This document shows positions 38,671-47,659 of a DNA stretch of 64,000 nt, piece by piece. The translations under genes were made by a program, and so were the position numbers. The DNA lies in NCBI GenBank assembly GCA_963728915.1, contig CAVSLV010000001.1:224001-288000 (forward strand). Reading direction: 5' to 3'. Numbering within the stretch: position 1 is the stretch's first letter; each line of letters starts with the position of its first letter. Below the pieces are notes generated by a model. The model saw nothing but the letters and a program-made list of their open reading frames with translations. It made no database searches and had not been told where the DNA came from. Source of the DNA: an uncultured Gemmatimonadales bacterium (GTDB taxonomy: Bacteria > Gemmatimonadota > Gemmatimonadetes > Gemmatimonadales > GWC2-71-9).

Positions 38671-41600
38671 CTACGGCTTTTCCGGCTGCGTCCTGACCAG
38701 CACGTCCGCACCCGAAACCCGGCCGGTCTCGGCAAGCAAGGTGAGGTGATTGGAAAGGACGTATCGTAACCGCAGCGTATTGATCGGGTCGAACACGCCG
38801 ATCGCGTAACTGACGTAGAGATTCGGTGCCAGGTAGCGGCCGATCTGCAGCGCGGTTCCCTTGATGTCGTTCTGGGTGGAGATGGTCATCTCCTGGAACC
38901 CGATCTGGTGCCCTACCGCCGCGGCGAGCAGGTTCCCGCCCCGGAGTCCGAGCGAGGTGAGGGCTTTGTCGATCGTGTTGCCGCCCACCCCTCCGCCGGT
39001 CACCGGGCCGCCGGTGAGGAGATAGGAGAGGGTCTGGGTCTCGGACATCGTAGGTACTGAGAAGAGATTCACCTTAGGACTCTTCGCGGTCCCAGTGATC
39101 CGCAGGCCCGCGATGATCGTGTCGCTCCCCTGGCGGGCGGAGCGAGTCGCCGTGATCGAAAGTCCCGGATTGTCGATCGGGCCGCCGGTGTACCGCACTT
39201 CTCCGTTCCGGATGTTGAGATCCTGTCCGTAGGCCTGGTAGCGTCCGTCCTCGATGCGGAGCGTCCCCGCGGCGGTCGGGGGCCGGTTGGCGGCTTGCCG
39301 GAGCAACACGTTGCCCGCCAACTCGGCATCGAAGTTGAACGCCGAGAACGAGACGCTGTCGCCGAGGATCACCCGGACTTGCCCCAGGAACGGACGGCTG
39401 TGGGGCGGCGGCAAGGTGGAATCCACTACGATGACGTCGTCCGACGGCTTGATGGCAGTTGGAGGAGCTTCGGCGATCTCCAGACGAGCGAGAGGGATCT
39501 GCACCTCGCCGCGCACGTCGATCGAATCCATCGCCAGCCGCACGTCGAGGCGTGGCGTAAGGATCGCGTGGAACAGCGGCGTGTTCGCCGCTTCGAAGCG
39601 ATTGCCCCGAACCTCCAGGTGGCCCGGCTTGGCGGCGGTGGGAAGCATGGGCGTCGTCCCCGTGATCGTGAGGTCCCCCCCGCCGGACCGCAGGCTGGCC
39701 CGAACCGCGATCTCCCCGTTCCGCTCTCCCGATCCGTTGAACTGAATGTCCTCGAGCAGGATGCCCAGCCAGGGCAGCCGCAGCGCCGCATCGGTGAGCG
39801 AGAAGGTCCCGGTGACTCGGGAGTCGCTCAAGGTTCCGCTCAGGGCTGCTCCGGCTCTGGCACTCCCGGCGGCGCTGTCGATCTGCCGAGTCAGCGCGGC
39901 AAGAAACGCGAGGTCCTTGGCGCGACTCTCGAGCCGGCCCTGGATCGGTTGGGGAGCCAGCCGCTCACCCACCCGGGTGAGGCCGGGAAGCGCGAGATCG
40001 GCCTTGAGCGTGGCGAGCTCCATACCGGTCGAATCGTGCAGGGCGAGCTCGCTCGTGCCGCGAACCCCCGACGCTCCCGCAGTCAGGTCCACCAGGGTCC
40101 CATCGAGCCGGATCGTGCGGGGCACCTCACCGGTCGGTATGGTCAATGTGGCGTCCCCCGGGACCAGTCGCAGCGCTCCATCCATCCGGTTGTCGGCGAG
40201 CACGGCGAAGCGCAGATCGCCGTTCAGATTCCCGTGGACCAGGGTGCCGCTGGGGAAACGGCCCCCGAATCCTTCGAGTCCCAGGGTACCCTCGAGACTC
40301 GGCGCGCTGGTCCTCCCCCGCGCGGTGAGCGCCAGATCGAGCTTCCCCAGCATACTGTCCACCCGCAGCACGAAGGGCTGGAGCATGCGCAGATCGGGGA
40401 TGTGAGCATCCAGGTTGCCGGTCAGTGGTTGCGCGGCGAGTCGAGTCCCCAGACGACGATACTCCGGCAGCGAAAGAGTTCCGCTGACGGTGCCGATGCC
40501 GGTGCCCTGCTTGTCACTCATTCCCACGCCCAGATCGCTCCGCAGCCCCTGGTCACTGACTTGCACAACGACCGAGGCGCTGTCCACATTCAATCGTCGC
40601 GTCCCCTCGTAGTACCAGTAGTCGTATCCGAGCCCTTGTGTGGTGAGCCGGGCTTCGCCCTGCACCGCGCCGTCGGTCGCGACGACACTGTGGACAACCA
40701 GATCCGCCGAACCGCCGAGCGCTCTCCGGCCGGGGAGTCCGACCCCGAATTGCTGGAGAGCGAGCGTCGCCTCCAGGTTCGGCGCCCCAATGGTTCCCTT
40801 GACGGTGGCGTTGACCACGACCCGTCCGGCGAGGCTGTCGATTCCGAAGAGCAGCGGCTGCACGAAGCCCACGTCGGGCACCAGACCATCGATGGCGAGA
40901 TCGATCGTCTGGCGGCGAAGCCCCGAGCCGATCCGGTAGGGCGGCAGGGTCGCGCGGCCGGTCAGGGTAAGCAGATCCTTGCCGCGCTGGTCCCGGACCC
41001 GGATTCCGAGCGTGGCCTGGGTCGCCGATTGGTCCGAGGTCAGGTTGACCACCGCGGAATCGAGCGCAACGCGATGTTCCTGCTGGTCCTCGCCTTCATA
41101 GACCAGCAGCACCGTGTCCGCCCCGACCCGGAGATTCCCGCTGACCAGGCCGTTGACGGCGTGCGCTTCGAGGTTCGCGCCCAAAGTCCCCGCGAGACGG
41201 TTGCCCCGTTGCAGGTATCGGGAATGACCCGGGCCGAAGCGGCTGGCCGGAAAACCCTGCACCAGGGCCAGGGCGTTCCAGGTGCGTCTCCCTCGCCAGT
41301 CCGCCTGGGCACAGAGACGCTCACCGACCGTGTCGCCCGCGAGGCAGAGCTGGTCCACTCGACCGGCGGAGCGAGAAACGGTGAGGGTGGTGCGCTGCTC
41401 CAGCCGCCAGCCCCCCACCGTGGTCGTCCGCACCACGAGGGAGTCGAGCGTTCCGCGCCAGGTCCGCGTTCGTAACCCGCCGTTCATCGCCAGCCGGACG
41501 GTGTCGGCCTGGCCCCGGAGCAGCGCCGAGAACCGGTGAGCGAGGCGGGTTCCCCGGAGGTTCACGGTGAGCGAGTCGAAGTGGGTGCCGGCAAGGACGG

Positions 41601-42798
41601 CGTGCCTTCCCCGGAGCTCTGCGTCGTTCCTGCCGGCCGGACCGAGCCCGATGTCCGCCCGACCCTTGAGGGCCGCAATCCGGTTCATGCCCGAAGCCAG
41701 ATTCGCGGCTGCCAGGCGGGTCTGGACCAGCGCGTTGCTCATCGGGCCGGTCACGCTGCCCTGGAGGTGCAGGCTGCCGCTCGCGGTGCGGGTCACTGTT
41801 CGCAGGTTGCCGATCAGCAGGTCATAGCCCAGCGCGATCGTGTCGTCCACCACCCCGCTCGCCGTGAGACTGGACGAGCCCCAGTGAACATCCAGGTTCT
41901 CGAGACCAAGATGATGCGTGGCGAACTCGACGCCGCTCCGGCCCGACAACGGCTGTCCGCGCAGGGTGCCGCGTACCGAGTCGATCCGCGCTCCGCCCCG
42001 AAGCCCCGTCGAGTCCATGATGCCGGTGGTGACTCCCGTGAAGCCCACTCGGCCGGGCCAGGTCCGCAAGGCCGGGTGCATCACCTCGGTCTGCAGACTC
42101 TCGGCCCGGACGGCGAGGTCCCACGCCATGGTGGGCCACCAGATCACCTGTCCCGCTGCGGTCAACCCGCCATTGAAGAGGCCCGCCCACGCCCGATCGA
42201 GATTCAGGTGCTGCAAATCCCCGGTTCCGGTGAGGGACATCGGGACCGACCCGGTTGGCACCGTGCGGAGCGCCCCTGAGAGCGAAAAGCCATACGCCTG
42301 GGCTCGACCGCTGAGCCGCATCGAATCGGCGTGGAGCTCGACGTCGCCGGGCGCGCGAATCTGGATCTCCCGCACCGACACGTCGCCCAGCAACACCGGA
42401 AAGGGAAGGGAAGGCCGCCGTCGCGGCGCGCTCGCCATGGTATCCGCCGGGGTCGAATCCGGGAGGACCACCCGCACCCCGGACGCGGCGAGGCGGGTCA
42501 GCTCGATCCTCCCGAGCAGCAGCTTGATTGGCTTCCAGCGAATGATGGCGGTGTCGATGACGGCGTGAATGCCCCCGGCGTCATAGGTGATGCCTCGGAG
42601 CAATAGCGGCCCCCGGATCGAGCCCTGGATCTCCGCAATCTTGACGGCCTTGGCGCTGGGCATCGCGAGCGCGAACCGGATAACTCTTCGCGCGGCGGCG
42701 TGGCTATTGAGCAGCACCACCACGCTCAGCACCAGCAGCAGCAGGACCGCGCCGAGCCCGATGGCGACCCGCATCAGGATGCGGCTGACCCGGGTCAC
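38671..42798 (-). CDS. tamB: Translocation and assembly module TamB (DUF490) with a triplicated internal module
   Basis: N-terminal TM; C-terminal GRYQAYGQDL...GPIDNPGL...LSYLLTG...GRYLAPNLYVSY; GTG overlaps the tamA stop. Confidence 0.9.
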   Translation of the reverse strand: MTRVSRILMRVAIGLGAVLLLLVLSVVVLLNSHAAARRVIRFALAMPSAKAVKIAEIQGSIRGPLLLRGITYDAGGIHAVIDTAIIRWKPIKLLLGRIELTRLAASGVRVVLPDSTPADTMASAPRRRPSLPFPVLLGDVSVREIQIRAPGDVELHADSMRLSGRAQAYGFSLSGALRTVPTGSVPMSLTGTGDLQHLNLDRAWAGLFNGGLTAAGQVIWWPTMAWDLAVRAESLQTEVMHPALRTWPGRVGFTGVTTGIMDSTGLRGGARIDSVRGTLRGQPLSGRSGVEFATHHLGLENLDVHWGSSSLTASGVVDDTIALGYDLLIGNLRTVTRTASGSLHLQGSVTGPMSNALVQTRLAAANLASGMNRIAALKGRADIGLGPAGRNDAELRGRHAVLAGTHFDSLTVNLRGTRLAHRFSALLRGQADTVRLAMNGGLRTRTWRGTLDSLVVRTTTVGGWRLEQRTTLTVSRSAGRVDQLCLAGDTVGERLCAQADWRGRRTWNALALVQGFPASRFGPGHSRYLQRGNRLAGTLGANLEAHAVNGLVSGNLRVGADTVLLVYEGEDQQEHRVALDSAVVNLTSDQSATQATLGIRVRDQRGKDLLTLTGRATLPPYRIGSGLRRQTIDLAIDGLVPDVGFVQPLLFGIDSLAGRVVVNATVKGTIGAPNLEATLALQQFGVGLPGRRALGGSADLVVHSVVATDGAVQGEARLTTQGLGYDYWYYEGTRRLNVDSASVVVQVSDQGLRSDLGVGMSDKQGTGIGTVSGTLSLPEYRRLGTRLAAQPLTGNLDAHIPDLRMLQPFVLRVDSMLGKLDLALTARGRTSAPSLEGTLGLEGFGGRFPSGTLVHGNLNGDLRFAVLADNRMDGALRLVPGDATLTIPTGEVPRTIRLDGTLVDLTAGASGVRGTSELALHDSTGMELATLKADLALPGLTRVGERLAPQPIQGRLESRAKDLAFLAALTRQIDSAAGSARAGAALSGTLSDSRVTGTFSLTDAALRLPWLGILLEDIQFNGSGERNGEIAVRASLRSGGGDLTITGTTPMLPTAAKPGHLEVRGNRFEAANTPLFHAILTPRLDVRLAMDSIDVRGEVQIPLARLEIAEAPPTAIKPSDDVIVVDSTLPPPHSRPFLGQVRVILGDSVSFSAFNFDAELAGNVLLRQAANRPPTAAGTLRIEDGRYQAYGQDLNIRNGEVRYTGGPIDNPGLSITATRSARQGSDTIIAGLRITGTAKSPKVNLFSVPTMSETQTLSYLLTGGPVTGGGVGGNTIDKALTSLGLRGGNLLAAAVGHQIGFQEMTISTQNDIKGTALQIGRYLAPNLYVSYAIGVFDPINTLRLRYVLSNHLTLLAETGRVSGADVLVRTQPEKP

Positions 42799-44570
42799 AG
42801 GTCGGGCCCCATGGTAATGTGAAACCGGATCCGGCCCATGCCGGGGATATTGCTCAGGGCGTAGGCGAGGTCCAGTCGAACCATCCCGAGCGGCGAAACA
42901 AACCGGATCCCCGCGCCAACGCTTTGGCGGAGCTGGGCCAGGGTGAATCCGGTCATCGCATTGCCCGCGTCGGTGAACGCCGCCACCAGCCAACGGGGCA
43001 TCACCTGGTAGTCAACCTCGGCACTCCCCACCAGCAGGGCCTGACCGCCCACCACGTTTCCCAGGGAATCGAACGGCGCGAGCGAGAGATACCGATACCC
43101 GCGAACGCTCTCATCTCCGCCCGTGAAGAATCGGATCAGGGGAGGTAAGGCATGGAAGGAGCTGGTGAAGGTGTAGCCCGCTTCCGCGCGCGACAGGAGC
43201 CGGAAGCCCGGCGCGAAGCCGTAGACGGCCTTGGCGCTTCCGCGGAGCTGGAGGAAGGAAGCGGTGGAGAGAAGTCCTGCCTGGCTCCCCTGCACCTCGA
43301 TGCGGGTCCGGAGTCCGTTGCGCGGCAGGATCTTGCTGTCGGAACGGGTCCGTTCCCAGCTCGCTCCCGGGATCAGCAAGCTGGTGCGCGCGCTGTCTAC
43401 TCCGATCTCGAACCCCGCCCGCTGGTAGGACAGCGAGAGGGTTTCCTGCCAGCCGATGCGCCTTCGGGAATAGCGAACTCCAGCGGTCCAGGTGCGTCCC
43501 CTGATGTTGTATGGGGTGAGGATGCCCTGCGGATCCACGCTGGTTCGCACGTATCCCGCGGTAAACGTCAAGAGACCGGTGCGATGAAGAACCGCCGGAA
43601 TGTTGTAGCGGCCGATCAGGCGCTGTTCGGTGAACGAGGCCAGGAGCTCTGCATCCGCGTAATGACCCCGCCGGTTGATCCAGCGCCACATGCCGTTGGC
43701 CCGGCCCCGGGGGCCGGTGTCGGTTCCGTAACCACCTCCGAACTCGTAGGTCCACCGGGGTCGCGGCTCCAGGAGGACCCGGATGGGGACTTCCCGGCCT
43801 TCGGCTTCCTCCCGCTGGGGCAGCACCTCCACCCGGGAGAAATAGGGATCTTCCGCGAGCGCATTCTGCAGTTCCAGGAGTTTGTCCTGGCGATAGTTCT
43901 GTCCTCGCCGAAACGTCATTCGACTCCGGAGCACTCGGTCGTTCAGAATGGACTGCTCGAATCGCACCGGCCCGAACTGGAACCGCTGGCCGGTGAGGAA
44001 GCGCAGGTGGATGTCGGCCGCGCCTTGCCGCTCGTCCACGACCACCAGGGAGGTGTCGAAGTTCGCGTCGAGGTAGCCGCTGTCGGAGGCCACCGCGAGC
44101 TGGGAGAGCTTGCCGGCTTCGTAGAGCTGGTCCCGCATGGTATCCCGGGCATGGAGCGGGAACTGGGAGACCCGCTGGCGGAACTCGGCTCGCCCGGCGC
44201 CTTCTCCGGCGAGATCGAGGTTCACGCTGCGTACGATCACCGGGGGACCGGGATCCACCACGTAATGCGCGGTCCAGTGATCCTTGCCCGGCTCGAGTGC
44301 CTTGGCCACCCGTGGCTCGTAGTAGCCGAAGGGCCGGAGTGCGGTGGCGATGTCCGATTCGCCCCGGTGATATAGGTGCGGAATCGACTGGGACGGAAGC
44401 TTGCCTTCCTGGGCCTCGCGCTCCAGCAACATGATTGCCCGGACGTTGCGCTCGAGCGGAGGGGTAAGGCCCTGAATCAGCACGATGACCCGCACCGAGT
44501 CCGTTTGCGCGTCCAATCGGGGGACCGACAGGAGGGCGATCAGCGGGAGGGGGAGAAGGAATCGCGTCAT
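42795..44570 (-). CDS. tamA: Translocation and assembly module TamA (Omp85 family)
   Basis: ALRPFGYY POTRA, GYGTDTGPRG, FFTGGDESVRGY and SPLGMVRLDLA...HITMGPDL. Confidence 0.9.
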   Translation of the reverse strand: MTRFLLPLPLIALLSVPRLDAQTDSVRVIVLIQGLTPPLERNVRAIMLLEREAQEGKLPSQSIPHLYHRGESDIATALRPFGYYEPRVAKALEPGKDHWTAHYVVDPGPPVIVRSVNLDLAGEGAGRAEFRQRVSQFPLHARDTMRDQLYEAGKLSQLAVASDSGYLDANFDTSLVVVDERQGAADIHLRFLTGQRFQFGPVRFEQSILNDRVLRSRMTFRRGQNYRQDKLLELQNALAEDPYFSRVEVLPQREEAEGREVPIRVLLEPRPRWTYEFGGGYGTDTGPRGRANGMWRWINRRGHYADAELLASFTEQRLIGRYNIPAVLHRTGLLTFTAGYVRTSVDPQGILTPYNIRGRTWTAGVRYSRRRIGWQETLSLSYQRAGFEIGVDSARTSLLIPGASWERTRSDSKILPRNGLRTRIEVQGSQAGLLSTASFLQLRGSAKAVYGFAPGFRLLSRAEAGYTFTSSFHALPPLIRFFTGGDESVRGYRYLSLAPFDSLGNVVGGQALLVGSAEVDYQVMPRWLVAAFTDAGNAMTGFTLAQLRQSVGAGIRFVSPLGMVRLDLAYALSNIPGMGRIRFHITMGPDL

Positions 44571-44613
44571 CCTGATGGGGACGACGGGCCAAGTTCTGAT
44601 TACACCGGCAGTT

Positions 44614-44840
44614 GACGGGGCTGGGTGGGTTGCGTTGCCGGGGGCGTTCGCCCGCAAATCGCCTCGGGTGGGGTGGGCGTGGGAGTGCCAGTGGCAACCC
44701 CGCTGGAGTCTGGGTCGGACATCCGGAGGATCCAGGAACTTCTCGGGCATTCGGATCTGGCAACGACGATGATCTGCACCCACGCGCTGCAGCGAGGGGC
44801 TGAGGCGGTCCGGAGTCCGCTGGACCCGCTGGGGTGCTGA
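44614..44840 (+). pseudogene. intI: Integron integrase remnant (internally deleted C-terminal part)
   Basis: One frame gives [27 protein letters not shown] (IntI-specific LP.AL.RKYP...W.WQW insertion). Another gives [41 protein letters not shown] (IntI C-terminus, catalytic Tyr changed to Cys). Confidence 0.85.
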
Positions 44841-44970
44841 GGCGCGAACCGGTTAGGCTGACCAGTCGCATGTCCATCTGGGGGATCAGGGTGCTGAGTT
44901 AGGGATGGGCGGGCGAGGTTCGCTTGCGGGGGTCGGGCCGAAGAGCGAAATTGAGAGCCGTCTACGTTGC

Positions 44971-44982
44971 GTTAGGTGGCGA
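44971..44982 (+). other. Candidate attI/cassette 5' junction (core site GTTAGGT)
   Basis: GTTRRRY match GTTAGGT(GGCGA); the complementary TCGCCACC recurs just after the cassette gene at 47459-47466. Confidence 0.55.
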
Positions 44983-47488
44983 GTGACGTCAGAACCTCGC
45001 CTCCCGCTGGCCGCACTCCACCAATGGAGTATCCTACCTCCTCCCGACCACCAGGATGAGCGTGCCCGAGCTCCCGACCCGCCTCGAACGGCTGATGGCT
45101 GCACTTGCAGGCCGCTACAGCCTCGAGCGAAAGCTCGGCGAGGGCGGCATGGCGACGGTGTACCTCGCTCATGACCTGAAGCACAAGCGACGAGTCGCGC
45201 TCAAGGTGCTCAAGCCGGAGCTCGCGGCGGTGCTCGGCACCCAACGCTTCCTCCAGGAAATCCAGCTCACCGCCAACCTGCAGCACCCCCACATCCTGCC
45301 GCTGTACGACTCGGGAAGCGCGGATGACGCGCTGTTCTACGTCATGCCGCTCGTGCAGGGCGAGTCGCTGCGGGACCGGCTCGACCGTGAGAAGGTGCTG
45401 GCGGTCGACGAGACAATCAGGATCACGCGACAAGTCGCCGGCGCACTCGATTTCGCACACCGGCAGGGCATCATCCATCGTGACATCAAGCCCGGGAACA
45501 TCCTCCTGCACGATGGGGAGGTCCTCCTCGCCGACTTCGGTGTCGCCCTGGCCCTGACCGAGGCGGGTGGTGGGCGCCTCACCGGAACGGGACTCTCGAT
45601 CGGCACCGTGCAGTACATGAGCCCGGAGCAGGCGGGTGGTGAGCGCGATCTCGACGCGCGCAGCGATGTCTATTCCCTCGCTGCGGTAGCGTATGAGATG
45701 CTCGCGGGCGAGCCGCCCGTGACCGGTCCCACGGTCCAGGCGATGATCGCGAAGCTGATGACCGAACGCCCGACGTCATTGCGGGTGGTACGCGACGTCG
45801 TGCCGCGGTCACTCGACGCCGCCGTGCTGCGGGCGCTGGCGAAGGAGCGGACTGACCGGTTCTCGAGCGCGCGAGAGTTCGCCGATGCGCTCACGGCTCC
45901 GGAGGTGATGGCGAGGCGCCCCCGCACGATCGTCCTTGTCATGCTCGGGGTGCTCGCCGTCGTTGGAACGTACGCGGTCGCGCGAAACGCGGTCCCCAGG
46001 GCGTCCACCGCTGCTCCCGATGGCGCGGCCGCGCCCGCCGTCATCCGGTCGATTGCCGTGCTTCCGCTCGACAACTACTCGGCGGACTCCACGCAGGAGT
46101 ACTTCGCCGAAGGGATGACCGATGAGCTGACGGCCGCTCTCGCGACCATCTCCCAGCTCCGCGTCACATCGCGCGGCTCGGCAACGCAGTTCCAGGGCAA
46201 GAGCCGCCCACCGACGCCCCAGATCGCGAAGACCCTCAATGTGGATGCGGTCGTGGAGGGCTCGGTGTCCCGATCCGGCAACCGAGTGCGGATCACGGCC
46301 CAGTTGATCGATGCACGCGCGGACAAGCACTTGTGGGCCAAGAGCTTCGAGCGCAACTCGAGCGACGTGTTGGCGCTCCAGGCCGAGCTCGCGTCAGCCA
46401 TCGCGGCCGAGATCAACGTGCGCCTGACGGAGGGCGAGCAGGCCCGGCTTGCCACCGCGCCCAGTGTAAGCGCTGCCGGTCACGACGCCTACCTCCGGGG
46501 CCGCTATTTCTTCAATCGCCCGAGCGACGAAAATCTGGAGAAGGCGATTGCTCAGTTCGAAGAGGCCGTGAAGCTGAGCCCGGCCTTCGCCCCAGCCTAC
46601 TCGGGGTTGTCGGACGCGTACCTCTGGGCCGGCTACAACGAGGGGTTCCTGACCGCCTCCGAGGCGAGGCCCAAGGCCCGGGCAGCCGCCGAGCAGGCGG
46701 TGCAGCTGGACAGCACCTCGGCCGAAGCGCACGCGTCCCTCGCCACCTTCAAACTGTTCTACGAGTTCGACTGGGCAGGATGCGAGCGCGAATTCCGGCG
46801 TGCCATCCAGCTCAACCCGAACTACGCCTTCGCGCACGATCAGTTCGCCATGGCGCTGGCGTTCACCGGACGGTTCGACGAATCCATCGCAGAGAGCCGG
46901 CGCGCGGCCGAATTGGATCCCCTGAACCCGCAGGTGCTGATCGACGCCACGATGGCTCCAATGTTCCAGAAGAACTTCCCGGCGGCCAAGGAGCTGGCGA
47001 GGAAATCGGGGGAACTTGACCCCACCTATTTCTTTCCCGTCATGGTGGAAGGCTGGACCGACCTGGAGGCTGGCAAGTTCCGCGAGGCCGCCCCATTCCT
47101 CAAGAAGGCCACGACGATGGGCGCGCCGCCCTTCGTCACCGCGTATCTCGGGTACGCCTTCGCTGCCGGTGGCGACCGGGCCAGTGCGATGGCGACGCTC
47201 GAAGCGCTCAAGAAACTCTCGAAGGGTGGTCAGGTCCTGCCCTTCAACCTGACGCTCGTGTACCTGGGCCTCGGCGACCACGGGCGTGCGCTCGACAACC
47301 TGGAGCGGGCGCTCGCCGCCGATTCCCAGATGATGGCGTGGCTCGGGCGAGACGCCATCTTTGATCCGCTCCGCGCAGAACCGCGCTTCATGGCGCTGCT
47401 GAAGAAGTTGAACTTCGTCGACTGACTTGCGCTGGGGATTACCGAAGTCAGGTAGTCGTCGCCACCCACGCAGCAGAAGCGCATCGCG
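44972..47488 (+). mobile_element. Putative integron gene cassette carrying a Ser/Thr kinase-TPR gene
   Basis: Bounded by G/TTAGGTGGCGA and TCGCCACC...GCAGCAGAAGCGCATCGCG/TTATGC, downstream of the intI remnant. Confidence 0.55.
45056..47425 (+). CDS. Hanks Ser/Thr kinase with TM helix, TolB-N-like domain and TPR repeats
   Basis: Intact kinase motifs; TM IVLVMLGVLAVVGTYAVA; SIAVLPLDNYS...YFAEGMTDEL; TPR; FDPLRAEPRF terminus. Confidence 0.9.
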   Translation: MSVPELPTRLERLMAALAGRYSLERKLGEGGMATVYLAHDLKHKRRVALKVLKPELAAVLGTQRFLQEIQLTANLQHPHILPLYDSGSADDALFYVMPLVQGESLRDRLDREKVLAVDETIRITRQVAGALDFAHRQGIIHRDIKPGNILLHDGEVLLADFGVALALTEAGGGRLTGTGLSIGTVQYMSPEQAGGERDLDARSDVYSLAAVAYEMLAGEPPVTGPTVQAMIAKLMTERPTSLRVVRDVVPRSLDAAVLRALAKERTDRFSSAREFADALTAPEVMARRPRTIVLVMLGVLAVVGTYAVARNAVPRASTAAPDGAAAPAVIRSIAVLPLDNYSADSTQEYFAEGMTDELTAALATISQLRVTSRGSATQFQGKSRPPTPQIAKTLNVDAVVEGSVSRSGNRVRITAQLIDARADKHLWAKSFERNSSDVLALQAELASAIAAEINVRLTEGEQARLATAPSVSAAGHDAYLRGRYFFNRPSDENLEKAIAQFEEAVKLSPAFAPAYSGLSDAYLWAGYNEGFLTASEARPKARAAAEQAVQLDSTSAEAHASLATFKLFYEFDWAGCEREFRRAIQLNPNYAFAHDQFAMALAFTGRFDESIAESRRAAELDPLNPQVLIDATMAPMFQKNFPAAKELARKSGELDPTYFFPVMVEGWTDLEAGKFREAAPFLKKATTMGAPPFVTAYLGYAFAAGGDRASAMATLEALKKLSKGGQVLPFNLTLVYLGLGDHGRALDNLERALAADSQMMAWLGRDAIFDPLRAEPRFMALLKKLNFVD

Positions 47489-47494
47489 TTATGC
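47459..47494 (+). other. Internally deleted attC-like site
   Basis: Partial R'' TCGCCACC (lacking TAAC) fused to an L'/R'-like arm CGCAGCAGAAGCGCATCGC-GTTATGC. Confidence 0.45.
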
Positions 47495-47659
47495 CGACAA
47501 TAATTTGAAGCAATTGACCAGCCGCTAGCCAGAACAACGGATACCGCTCTGGCCCTCGTCGGAGCGCTGACAAAATGAGCTTCCTCCACTCCGCCCGACG
47601 GGCCTGGCTCGGAGCTGTTACCGGCAGTAGGAGGGGCCAGGACGAACCGCGCGCCACCT

